A stretch of 64,000 nucleotides of DNA. It comes from a virus. A program made the translations under genes and the position numbers. The stretch is taken from positions 1 through 64,000 of the IMG/VR virus record IMGVR_UViG_3300005098_000013; one strand, 5' to 3'. Below the pieces are notes generated by a model that was given only the letters and a program-made list of their open reading frames with translations, did no database searches and was not told the origin of the DNA. Positions 40,302-49,236 of this stretch are shown in pieces. The stretch's first letter is position 1, and every line of letters begins with the position of its first letter.

Positions 40302-41020
40302 GCTTATATGTAGATGTTGTGGAAGAAACAGATTTCCATAGGGCTTGGGTTTCTGCTGTGCAGATGGTATTGATGAGCGGTGCTGATTTAGTGATTGGCG
40401 GCGCAGAGGAGAGGAAGCCAATTAAGGATTCGTGTATGTTAATTACACTTGAAGGAAAGGCGATTAAGCAAGTTGAACGAAGAGAGTTGCACCCCCAATT
40501 TCCTACCAAGAAGAAGCATCTCGATAAATATTGTGAAGAGTATACAAGAAATTTTGTAGACGTCTATAGAAAAGATGAGAGCAAAGAAAAGTTTGCTTAT
40601 TTATATGGAGATAGGTTGATGTATTATAAGCATCCAGTTTATATCAGTATTGACCAATTAAAGATGATGATGAACGGTTTGTATAGTCAAATGAGAAGAA
40701 ACATAACTTCAAATAGGATGCAAGCAATAACGTGGTATGTACATGATGACAATGAAGGATCATCCCCTCCTTGCCTGCAACGGATACAGATGCGCTACAT
40801 TCCAGAAGGAAAAGTGGACGTGCATTTGACGTGGAGAAGCAGAGATTTGTATGCAGCTTGGCAAAGCAATGTTGTTTGCTTAATAGATATGCTGAATAGG
40901 GAAGTGATTAGGCCAAATGAATGCGAGATAATCAGAATAGTAGACTTTAGTGATTCGCTGCACATATACAGGACTGATATTGTTGAGGCAAAGAAAGTAA
41001 GGTTTATGGAGGCGTTGTAA
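40298..41020 (+). CDS. thyA: Archaeal-type thymidylate synthase (or dUMP-modifying homologue)
   Basis: YLYGDRL, PPCL, WRSRD...SN, SLHIY. Confidence 0.85.
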   Translation: MSLYVDVVEETDFHRAWVSAVQMVLMSGADLVIGGAEERKPIKDSCMLITLEGKAIKQVERRELHPQFPTKKKHLDKYCEEYTRNFVDVYRKDESKEKFAYLYGDRLMYYKHPVYISIDQLKMMMNGLYSQMRRNITSNRMQAITWYVHDDNEGSSPPCLQRIQMRYIPEGKVDVHLTWRSRDLYAAWQSNVVCLIDMLNREVIRPNECEIIRIVDFSDSLHIYRTDIVEAKKVRFMEAL

Positions 41021-41433
41021 TGACAACAGAAATAGGAGATGTAGATTATCAACTTGAGTTGCTTAGAAGAGACTTAGTGGAAGAATTTGGAGAGTTTGCA
41101 AAAGGAATTGGCATCGAATGGGAAAGAGACCCGACACTTGATGGGTTGGTCATAAATGCAACGTTTACAATTGGTGCAAGAAGAACGGTATCTAATGTGG
41201 TGCTTCATTTAGAACCAACTATTTTAAAACCAATAGTAACGGAATTGGTTCATAATATTGAAAGAGCATTGTATGATATGTTACCTGTATATGGAACTGA
41301 ACCACAAGTAGCAGGAGTAAGGATTAGAATTGATAGTCATTTACCAAAAGGGGTCATATGGATGCATCCGGAAGTGTATGCAAATATAATGCAGAATCCT
41401 GAACTAAGAAGGATGCTTGTGTATCAGCCATGA
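41020..41433 (+). CDS. Hypothetical protein
   Basis: TAATG coupling. Confidence 0.65.
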   Translation: MTTEIGDVDYQLELLRRDLVEEFGEFAKGIGIEWERDPTLDGLVINATFTIGARRTVSNVVLHLEPTILKPIVTELVHNIERALYDMLPVYGTEPQVAGVRIRIDSHLPKGVIWMHPEVYANIMQNPELRRMLVYQP

Positions 41434-41436
41434 GAA

Positions 41437-41730
41437 ATGCCACGCAAGATAAAAAGAATAGGAAAGAACCAAACGCTGCTGTTTGTAGAGGAATCGAGTA
41501 AACCGGTGGCTGACGATACAATATTACCAGAAGCTTGGCAAACACCAGTGCCAAAGAAAAAGTATAGAGAAGGTTCGTTGGCAGATAAGATGAGGAAGGG
41601 CCTTTGGTTTGCTTGCCCAAATTGTGGAACGGAAAATATTGAGTTTGTAAGTGATGCAGCGTGGGCTTGGTTATGTAATAAAAACCAGTTTAAATGCCCG
41701 CTTTGTAACAAAATGGTAGGCTTAGAATAA
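41437..41730 (+). CDS. Zinc-ribbon protein
   Basis: CPNC...CPLC. Confidence 0.7.
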   Translation: MPRKIKRIGKNQTLLFVEESSKPVADDTILPEAWQTPVPKKKYREGSLADKMRKGLWFACPNCGTENIEFVSDAAWAWLCNKNQFKCPLCNKMVGLE

Positions 41731-41731
41731 G

Positions 41732-42664
41732 ATGCCAATTAAAAAGGAAGAATTAGGAAAATTGAATGTAGAGTATGCAGGCTATGCAGGTTCAGTTGTA
41801 GCTCTGATTGTGCCGCTTATAAAGGAAATAGGCGGTAAATTTATTCCGTTTCCGGGAGAAGAGGCAGAAATTTTAAAAAAATGGGATTTAGGAAGCGAAG
41901 AGTCTGCCAAGGCTAATATAACTATACAATCAGGAATAATACCGCCTGCTCAAACGATTCTGCTGCCGTATCATGGCATTCAGAAAATCTTTCCTATAGA
42001 AAAGTTTAGTTTTGTAGTTAGTCGGTGGAGTAGCTTTCCTGAAGAAGTACCGCACGTTCAAGCAGGTGTGTTAGCTTTGGATCGGTTCTTCAATGGGAAT
42101 GTACCTAGCAAAAAGGAGTTGCTTGAACCTTTGGGGCTAGAGTCTTCTGAGTTTACAATAGTTTACGCACTGGCTTGGAAAGAACGAAAAGATGCAAGCT
42201 CGAGCGCAAGAAAGATGGAATCATGGATAAGCCACCTGCCTCCGGAAGTTAATTTAATCATCATAAACCACCCCCTTTACAAATATAACCCGGGGTTCAG
42301 AGAAGAGCTCATGTCAATTAAGCAAGGAAAAAACATGAGAGTGATATATGATCAAAAAGACACTTTTGAATGGTTAAACATTGCAGATTTAATTGTTTGT
42401 GATTCAGGTTCAGCCATTGTATTGAACACTCCTTGTTTCAAGGCACCAGTCTTACAGATTAGGTATCCGTATCATTATCACCTTGGTTATGACTATTCCT
42501 GGGCTGTTGAAGTAGGGCCGGAAGAGATTCCGGATCGCATCTTTACAGATTTTATGGGAAATAGGAAGGTTGCGATTGAAGAGTATTTGTATAAGTTTGA
42601 TGGAAAGGCAACTGAAAGGGCTGTAAAAGGGATAAGAGAGTTTTTGGAGGAGTTGGAAAAATGA
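41732..42664 (+). CDS. TagF/CDP-glycerol glycerophosphotransferase-like GT-B protein
   Basis: YHG, YALAW, HP, ADLIVCDSGS, DGKATERAV. Confidence 0.7.
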   Translation: MPIKKEELGKLNVEYAGYAGSVVALIVPLIKEIGGKFIPFPGEEAEILKKWDLGSEESAKANITIQSGIIPPAQTILLPYHGIQKIFPIEKFSFVVSRWSSFPEEVPHVQAGVLALDRFFNGNVPSKKELLEPLGLESSEFTIVYALAWKERKDASSSARKMESWISHLPPEVNLIIINHPLYKYNPGFREELMSIKQGKNMRVIYDQKDTFEWLNIADLIVCDSGSAIVLNTPCFKAPVLQIRYPYHYHLGYDYSWAVEVGPEEIPDRIFTDFMGNRKVAIEEYLYKFDGKATERAVKGIREFLEELEK

Positions 42665-43206
42665 TTTCGTGGTTGTTGTTAACTTGGAATTCTGCAAACT
42701 CTATAAGGACTGCATTAGAGTCAGCCAAGGATTTAGTAGATGAAATAGTTGTGGTAGATTCAAACTCAACTGACGAAACTTTAGATATCTTAGACGAGTA
42801 TGACGCGAAGGTGTATACAAAGGCATTAGAAAAGTCATGGAGCGAACTGAGAAACTTTGGAATTAGCAAAGCCAGTTATGAGTGGATACTTGTGTTGGAT
42901 TCAGATGAGTATTTGACGAAGGAGACATTATTGATGATTCCAAAATTAGTGGAAAGCGATGAGGTAGATGCTTTTATATTCAGGAGGCTAAATTATTTGG
43001 ACGGTGTGCTTCAAGAAGCAAAAGATTATCATTATAGGCTGTTTAAGAGACACTGTAGATATGCAGGGCGAATACATGAGCAGTTAGTTGGATTTAAGAA
43101 GTCTAAAGTAATAGAAGATGCAATCGTAATGCATAAGAAAACTTGGAAGAAACAGAAGGAGCAGGATGAGAGATATTTGGAGTTCACAAAAGAGAGAAAG
43201 AAATGA
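42661..43206 (+). CDS. GT2 glycosyltransferase (WaaE/KdtX-like)
   Basis: VVDSNSTDET, LRNFG, WILVLDSDE, GRIHE. Confidence 0.9.
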   Translation: MISWLLLTWNSANSIRTALESAKDLVDEIVVVDSNSTDETLDILDEYDAKVYTKALEKSWSELRNFGISKASYEWILVLDSDEYLTKETLLMIPKLVESDEVDAFIFRRLNYLDGVLQEAKDYHYRLFKRHCRYAGRIHEQLVGFKKSKVIEDAIVMHKKTWKKQKEQDERYLEFTKERKK

Positions 43207-44078
43207 AAATAGGAGTTGTGGGGGCGTTAGGATACCAAGGCAGAAAGCATGCAGTGGAATTGCTTGGCTTAGGTGTAAGAGTGGAAACGTGTGATGTGCG
43301 AGGCAATGTGAGATATAGAGACTATGTGGAGATAGGAAACTTAGATGGTGTAGTAATAGCAGTGCCTAATGGAAAGCACCTTGAAATCGGAGAATGGTTT
43401 ATAAGGAAAGGTGTACCAGTGTTAATGGAAAAGCCTTTGACAAAGAGATATGATTCGGCCGAAGCGTTGTTGAACTTAGCTAAACTGAATAGGTGTGTTC
43501 TGGCAACAGGCTCGGTGTTTTCTTTTAATAATAGCGTAAAGGTAGTTGGTGAGATAGTCAAGGGAGGGCTTTTGGGAAGGCTAGAGTTTGTAAAGTGTAA
43601 TTGGTGTAGTCAAATGGTGCCTTGGGCAGAAAAGAATATACTTTTGGATCTCGGCCCACACCCTTATGATATTCTTTGTGGCTGGAATTTGGAACCAGAA
43701 GAGTATGATTCTTATGCAATCAACAACAAGCATATGCTGATTTTCACAGGATCTAAAAGCGTGGAGATTGAAATAAAATTGTCTTGGGTAGAAGGACCTA
43801 AGGAGAGAAGTTTAAAGGTTGTTGGGGAGAAGTATGTGCTTGTATTAGATGCATTAAATCAGAATGTGTTTGTATATGAAGGGAATGAACTAGTTGCACA
43901 AAAAACACATGATGAAGGTTTGTATAAGAAAGGTTTCGAAGATTATCTTCAGTTTAACAGGAATAATACGTTGAAGGATGAGTTGAAAGATTTTCTAAGG
44001 CAAATAGAAGAAGGTGCTGACTATAGGTTGGCAGAGCAAGCAGTAAGGTTTTTAAAGTGGAAGGGAAGCGAAAGATGA
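43203..44078 (+). CDS. Gfo/Idh/MocA (WbpB/WlbA-like) NAD-dependent oxidoreductase
   Basis: VVGALGYQG, AVPN..H, MEKP, DLGPH. Confidence 0.88.
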   Translation: MKIGVVGALGYQGRKHAVELLGLGVRVETCDVRGNVRYRDYVEIGNLDGVVIAVPNGKHLEIGEWFIRKGVPVLMEKPLTKRYDSAEALLNLAKLNRCVLATGSVFSFNNSVKVVGEIVKGGLLGRLEFVKCNWCSQMVPWAEKNILLDLGPHPYDILCGWNLEPEEYDSYAINNKHMLIFTGSKSVEIEIKLSWVEGPKERSLKVVGEKYVLVLDALNQNVFVYEGNELVAQKTHDEGLYKKGFEDYLQFNRNNTLKDELKDFLRQIEEGADYRLAEQAVRFLKWKGSER

Positions 44079-44234
44079 AGAAAAGAAAGATAAGAAGCGT
44101 TATTGATGTAGAAAAGGCATTAGAAGAGAAGAGAGCAATGCAAAAGCAATATGTACGAGAGCACGGTTACCGCTCTTATATATTAGATTTGCTGATTGAA
44201 CATTTCGAAGAGATGCAAAAAAGGAGCAAAGAAA

Positions 44235-44585
44235 ATGAAAATAGAGGAGATTGAAAAGCAACTTGAGACAAAAGAAAGAATAGAGTATAAGGGCAAGTGT
44301 CATGAATGTGGCAAAGATGTTACAGTGTGTATTTTCAGGAATGAAGAAACTGGAACGATAACAATAGAAGGTGGAGCGGTGTATGATCCAATGGTTGGCT
44401 CGCCTCCTGAAAAGCAGATATTCCTTAAATGCGACGATTGTTTCGGAGATGATCCGGTGTTACGAAATTATCGGCCCTGCGAAGTTTATTCGCGTTCTGT
44501 TGGCTACCTTAGGCCAGTTCAACAGTGGAACGCAGGGAAGCAAGAAGAATTTAGGCAGCGAAAGGAGTTTGTAGTAAAGGAGTAG
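44235..44585 (+). CDS. Stand-alone NrdD C-terminal (Zn ribbon plus glycyl-radical loop) protein
   Basis: [34 protein letters not shown]. Confidence 0.8.
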   Translation: MKIEEIEKQLETKERIEYKGKCHECGKDVTVCIFRNEETGTITIEGGAVYDPMVGSPPEKQIFLKCDDCFGDDPVLRNYRPCEVYSRSVGYLRPVQQWNAGKQEEFRQRKEFVVKE

Positions 44586-44592
44586 AAGAAAA

Positions 44593-45588
44593 ATGGGAAG
44601 GAGAAGTTTGATAACTGGCATTTCGGGTCAGGACGGGAGCTACTTAGCAGAGTTTTTGTTGGAAAAAGGATATGAAGTATACGGCTTGGTAAGAAGATCG
44701 TCAAACAGACCTGCAAACTTGAGTAGAATAGAACATATTCTTGATAAGGTAACATTGCTGGAAGGTGACTTGTCTGATCAAGCTTCATTAAATGACGCTG
44801 TAAAAAAAGCAGAGCCAGATGAAGTGTATAACTTAGGCGCGCAAAGTTTTGTAGCACATTCATGGAAGGCACCTGTGTATACAGCAGATGTAACTGGGCT
44901 TGGCACAATAAGGATGTTGGAAGCTATACGCAATTGTGATGCCGGATCGATTAAATTCTACCAAGCGTCGAGTAGTGAGATGTACGGAAACAACAATGAA
45001 TTGCCATTAAATGAAGGATCTAGATTCTATCCAAGAAGTCCGTATGCATGTGCAAAGGTGTATGCTCATTATTCTACGATTAATTATAGAGAGTCATATA
45101 ACATGTTTGCATGTTGCGGGATTTGTTTTAATCATGAATCGGATCGAAGAGGTGAAGAGTTTGTAACGAGGAAGATAAGTCAAGGCGTTGCTAGGATAAG
45201 TTTAGGATTGGAAAAGTATATTGCGTTAGGGAATTTGAAGGCTAAGCGAGACTGGGGTTTTGCTGGAGATTATGTAGAGGCAATGTGGCTAATGTTACAA
45301 CAAAGCAAGCCTGAAGATTTTGTAATAGCGACAGGAAAAGGTTATGGTGTAGAAGATTTTGTAAAGGTTGCATTTAGAACAATAGGCATTGAAGATTGGA
45401 AAACTTATGTAAGACAGGATCCTAAATTCATGAGGCCAGCTGATGTGCCAAGTTTGATTGGAAATTATAGCAAGGCAAAGAAGAAGTTAGGGTGGAAGCC
45501 AAAAGTAAAATTCGAAGAGTTGGTAAGGATGATGGTAGAAAGTGATGTTGAAAAATTAAGACAAAATGAAGCGCCTGTTTTAAAATAA
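44593..45588 (+). CDS. gmd: GDP-mannose 4,6-dehydratase
   Basis: [45 protein letters not shown]. Confidence 0.95.
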   Translation: MGRRSLITGISGQDGSYLAEFLLEKGYEVYGLVRRSSNRPANLSRIEHILDKVTLLEGDLSDQASLNDAVKKAEPDEVYNLGAQSFVAHSWKAPVYTADVTGLGTIRMLEAIRNCDAGSIKFYQASSSEMYGNNNELPLNEGSRFYPRSPYACAKVYAHYSTINYRESYNMFACCGICFNHESDRRGEEFVTRKISQGVARISLGLEKYIALGNLKAKRDWGFAGDYVEAMWLMLQQSKPEDFVIATGKGYGVEDFVKVAFRTIGIEDWKTYVRQDPKFMRPADVPSLIGNYSKAKKKLGWKPKVKFEELVRMMVESDVEKLRQNEAPVLK

Positions 45589-45794
45589 ACGAAGAAAGGA
45601 CCAGCAAACTTGTCACTGGTCTTTGTTCTCCGTTTTGTCTTCGGGCAAGTAATATAAATGCTTACGACGAAGCCTAAGGCAGAAGGCAAATGTTTATGAC
45701 ACAGATGCACTGCTGGCCCGAAGACAAAACGGAGAACAAAGAACCAATGACAAATTTACCAGCGCCTTCTTCGTTTATTTAGAAGAACAGGTGC
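45571..45794. repeat. Long imperfect inverted repeat / fold-back (MITE-like), 27-bp perfect core 45620-45646 vs 45716-45742
   Basis: Arms pair almost end to end; GAA flanks both ends. Confidence 0.85.
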
Positions 45795-45806
45795 GAAACC
45801 AAGCGT

Positions 45807-46259
45807 ATGGAAGAATATTTCATGAGGTACAGGAAAATAATAGATTGTGAAGTAGGATGGAACACTAAGATAGGTGACTTTGTAGATCTCTATAGATGCA
45901 AAATAGGCAACTACTGCAAAATTCATAGCTTTGTGTTCATAGAAGAAGGCGTCGTAATAGGTGATAGGTGTATAGTGAAGCCACATGTGTTCATTCCTAC
46001 TGGCGTTGTCATTGAAGATGATGTGTTTATAGCACCCGGAGTAGTTTTTGTAAATGACAGACATCCGAAAGCGAATAATGATAAGTGGAGGCTTGAGAAG
46101 ACGGTAATAAAGAAAGGCGCTTCTATAGGAGCTAATGCAACGATTATGTGTGGCCTTAGTATCAATGAAGAGGCAATGATAGGTGCAGGTGCTGTTGTGA
46201 CTAAGGATGTTGAGGCTAAGGCTGTAGTAGTAGGCAACCCTGCAAAGAAAGTTAGGTAA
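45807..46259 (+). CDS. Hexapeptide-repeat sugar N-acetyltransferase (WbpD/WlbB/QdtC-like)
   Basis: FIAPGVVFVND, GASIGANATI, GAGAVVTKDV, GNPA. Confidence 0.92.
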   Translation: MEEYFMRYRKIIDCEVGWNTKIGDFVDLYRCKIGNYCKIHSFVFIEEGVVIGDRCIVKPHVFIPTGVVIEDDVFIAPGVVFVNDRHPKANNDKWRLEKTVIKKGASIGANATIMCGLSINEEAMIGAGAVVTKDVEAKAVVVGNPAKKVR

Positions 46260-46274
46260 AGGAGAAAAAAGAAA

Positions 46275-46727
46275 ATGGAAGAAGTTGAAGATTGGCATAA
46301 GAACGTGTATGGTAAGAAGGAAACCGCAAAATTTACTTCATTATATTACCGTAATAGAAGCAAAGTTATAAGAAGGGATAATCACGAGTGTCAGTCTTGT
46401 TTCAAAAAATTAGGGAAGTCAGAGAATAGCGTACACCATATTGAGCCGAGAGAAGATGGAACAGATGAAATGTCAAACTTAATACTTTTATGTAAAAAGT
46501 GCCATGACGAAATTGAAGGGTTATCAAGGTTGCAAATCATTGGATATTTTTATCAATCAACCGGTAATTATACTAAACCATGTTGGCCAGCAGATTGGCA
46601 TAAGTGGGTTTACGGTGCTGAAGAAAATCCGTACAATGACCCGCTTTTCATAAAGCTTCGAATGAACGGCGAACTGGTTAGAATAGGAGAGTTGTGGTGG
46701 CACAAAAAATTTAAATTTTGCCAATGA
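46275..46727 (+). CDS. HNH endonuclease
   Basis: RD.HECQSC, VHHI, NLILLCKKCH. Confidence 0.88.
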   Translation: MEEVEDWHKNVYGKKETAKFTSLYYRNRSKVIRRDNHECQSCFKKLGKSENSVHHIEPREDGTDEMSNLILLCKKCHDEIEGLSRLQIIGYFYQSTGNYTKPCWPADWHKWVYGAEENPYNDPLFIKLRMNGELVRIGELWWHKKFKFCQ

Positions 46728-46873
46728 AGCGATTAGTCAAAATTAGAGCCTTACCCTTTTGTTCACCCTGAAATGCCATATAGATTTTGCATATGAAGCT
46801 CTCTGTGCGTTTAATGTGCTTTAAAGAAGCAAGCTTTGCTTTTTATTGACTAAACCAAAGTGAACTGTCAAAA

Positions 46874-46954
46874 GCACCTGAAGTACCAGAAGCACTCGAA
46901 GCACCTAAAATACTTGAAGCACCAAAAGGTATTGAAATACCAAACAGTATTAAA
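46874..46954 (+). repeat. Nine degenerate tandem 9-mers (GCACCTGAA-like)
   Basis: gcacctgaa gtaccagaa gcactcgaa gcacctaaa atacttgaa gcaccaaaa ... Confidence 0.7.
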
Positions 46955-46960
46955 ATTGTT

Positions 46961-47092
46961 TTGATAAAATTATTAAATTTTTATTATTGATAATAAATCA
47001 GTATTATTATTCCTAAAAAGCCTTCACTCTTGATGAAATTATTAAAAATTTATTATTGATAATAAATCAGTATTATTATTCCTTAAAAAGCC
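46961..47092 (+). repeat. Two ~62-bp AT-rich direct repeats (46961-47022, 47030-47092) with internal palindrome TTTATTATTGATAATAAA
   Basis: Seen directly. Confidence 0.9.
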
Positions 47093-47180
47093 GGTTTTTG
47101 CATTAGTAAAAAGACAGTGTTATTAATAATAACGCTTTATTATCAATAATAAGAAAAGTAATTTTCTTTAGGAAAGACAA

Positions 47181-47759
47181 ATGACATTAGAAATAGGAAA
47201 TGTAGGAAAAGAAATAGAGGAAACAGGAATTACAACGATTACCATAAACCGAAAGAAGTTAGAAGCGGCAAGAAGGAGGATGGGAGCTACAACGGCTTCA
47301 GCAATGGTTAGAAGGTTGGTAGATGTATATCTCGGATCTGAAGGAGAAGAGATAGAAGATGAGAAGCTAAGAGAATTGATGAAGAAGAAAAGGGAAGCAG
47401 AGGAGAAGGTAGCAAAGATAAAGAAGGAGTTAGTAGAAGCAGAAGCAGAAGTGGAGAGGCTCCAATTGGAAATATTCGGGAAAATACCAAGGCAGACAGA
47501 GAAGGTAACAGAGTTGAAAGTAAGTGAAAGGCCAGAGGTACAAGAGAAGTATGTGAAGAAGGTAAATGAATTCCTGAAAACGGATCCGGAGTATAAGGAC
47601 GTATGGGAGTTTCAAGTGTTTGTGCCAGAAGAGATTATGGAGAAGTATGTAGGGTTGCATAAGGAGGAGATAGCAGAGCTTGGTCTAAAGAACGAGAAGG
47701 CTATGGTTAGCTGGCTGATAAAGATAACGGAAGGCAAGCTTGTTGTGAAAACCAAATAA
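47181..47759 (+). CDS. RHH-like N-terminus plus coiled-coil protein
   Basis: TTITINRKKL...TASAMVRRLV; heptad E/K stretch. Confidence 0.65.
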   Translation: MTLEIGNVGKEIEETGITTITINRKKLEAARRRMGATTASAMVRRLVDVYLGSEGEEIEDEKLRELMKKKREAEEKVAKIKKELVEAEAEVERLQLEIFGKIPRQTEKVTELKVSERPEVQEKYVKKVNEFLKTDPEYKDVWEFQVFVPEEIMEKYVGLHKEEIAELGLKNEKAMVSWLIKITEGKLVVKTK

Positions 47760-47804
47760 TCAGCTGCTAGGAAACTAGAATGATGGGGAAAAGGTTAGAT
47801 TAAC

Positions 47805-47871
47805 AATTCCTTCTCCACACCACTTCTTCTACTTCTTCGATTGCTTCTGTCTTCGATGCCACCTTGCCTCT
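47805..47871 (-). pseudogene. Relic of the 3' end of fibre gene 51373-52443
   Basis: Encodes RGKVASKTEAIEEVEEVV vs RSKVASKVEAIEEVEEEIEEVV; DNA matches 51383-51465. Confidence 0.8.
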
Positions 47872-47875
47872 TTTT

Positions 47876-48889
47876 TTACATGTCGGCAGTATATTCAAAA
47901 ACGAAGCCAATAAAGTAGACTGTGTCATTGACCGTATCATTTGCATGTCCGCCGTCTCGGTGAAAACGTAAGCCCATCAATAAATCAGAGGTACAATCAC
48001 TAATCGTGAGAGTATTCGGAAGTACAATTTCTTGACCAGCAGTGATTGCACTTTCCCCTAAAGTTGTATCTTGATATGCCCCGCCAAAATGAACCCCTAC
48101 TCGATATCGTATATCCCCACCTGCAAGCGATATAACTGCGCCTTTCAATATACCATCGGAAACATAGTCCTTTGGTACCCTAAAAGTTGAATAGCCATAA
48201 TTACTACTACCATCTGGTAATGCAGCAGAACCAAAATATCCGTGGTTACCCATTCCACCTGAACCGTAATTAGGTGGGATCCATACACTTCTTGTTCGAT
48301 TAGTATGTTTATCGTGGCTATGCGAACTTGGAGGATATGTACTCGGTTTTCCGCTGATACTGTCCCAAGCCCAGGTTCCTGAAGTACATTGACGTGAAGA
48401 TGGGTGCGAATAGTTATTATATAACGTATCAAAATACGTCTTCAGAGTAGCTTTTAGATTTGTCCACGTAAGCTTTTTAAGAGCGTTAGCTGCTGCGCTG
48501 TCTATCAATCCCATTTCGTCATCATTAACAGGAGTTGCCTTAGACGCGACGCTATGAATGCTGGAAGCCACGTTTACTGCATCGGTTACATCTGCTCCAT
48601 CTTCAACATTTATTAGCGTTCTCACCTGCGCTGCCGTAAGTCCCGTTATGCTTCCACCTGTAATCCTACCGAGTATTCGCTGTTCGTTAAGCGTCAAAGC
48701 TACAGGTGAATCATCCACATCAGCCTTCAATATAGTATTCGCATCAAAGAGTGCTTTCTTTACTGATAGACTATCTCGAGTGTCTAAATCATTGAGATCG
48801 TCCACTACATCACTAAACTCAGAATTCATTTCACTGGCATAGATATACGTATTTGCCTGAAAGTTTGGTTTAGTTGATTTTATTCCCAT
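47876..48889 (-). CDS. Tail fibre / receptor-binding protein
   Basis: Position after baseplate; ASEMNSEF anchor, GKPSTYPPSSHSH fibre motif, beta-rich C-terminal domain. Confidence 0.75.
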   Translation of the reverse strand: MGIKSTKPNFQANTYIYASEMNSEFSDVVDDLNDLDTRDSLSVKKALFDANTILKADVDDSPVALTLNEQRILGRITGGSITGLTAAQVRTLINVEDGADVTDAVNVASSIHSVASKATPVNDDEMGLIDSAAANALKKLTWTNLKATLKTYFDTLYNNYSHPSSRQCTSGTWAWDSISGKPSTYPPSSHSHDKHTNRTRSVWIPPNYGSGGMGNHGYFGSAALPDGSSNYGYSTFRVPKDYVSDGILKGAVISLAGGDIRYRVGVHFGGAYQDTTLGESAITAGQEIVLPNTLTISDCTSDLLMGLRFHRDGGHANDTVNDTVYFIGFVFEYTADM

Positions 48890-48918
48890 CTTTCATCATC
48901 CTCCTTTCTTCTCGAACC

Positions 48919-49200
48919 TTAGCCCTTTGTCTTTATTCCGTCGTATGCGGCGTGCATCGAAGAGCCCAGCTTATTCCGTACCTTCAGATATTGTGCTGGA
49001 GTTACATGGAAGAATTGTGCATTCCACCCACCAGCTTCCGTTACATCGTCAAACTCAAAACTCACACTACCATCCGTTCGTTCTAGTCCTGCCTTGTCAC
49101 TTACCAAAATATTATGAATTACCCACTCCTCTGTACTCGGCGGCTTTATTTCCAATACTTGCCCTGAGGCAAGCGTTGTTAAATCAGCTACTACATCCAT
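48919..49200 (-). CDS. Small virion/tail protein
   Basis: AGGAG SD, beta-rich, in structural operon. Confidence 0.6.
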   Translation of the reverse strand: MDVVADLTTLASGQVLEIKPPSTEEWVIHNILVSDKAGLERTDGSVSFEFDDVTEAGGWNAQFFHVTPAQYLKVRNKLGSSMHAAYDGIKTKG

Positions 49201-49236
49201 TTTCTTTTCCTCCTTTCATTTTTCCTTTACTTAACC

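Noticed and set aside
45571-45794. Archaeal bulge-helix-bulge intron or T4 gene 60-type bypass
   Set aside because: No 3-4-3 BHB geometry at the junctions, and the stop does not directly follow the GAA codon
46862-46990. 9-mer repeats as a coding APE/APK peptide
   Set aside because: No convincing start or SD in that frame; an in-frame stop lies just upstream
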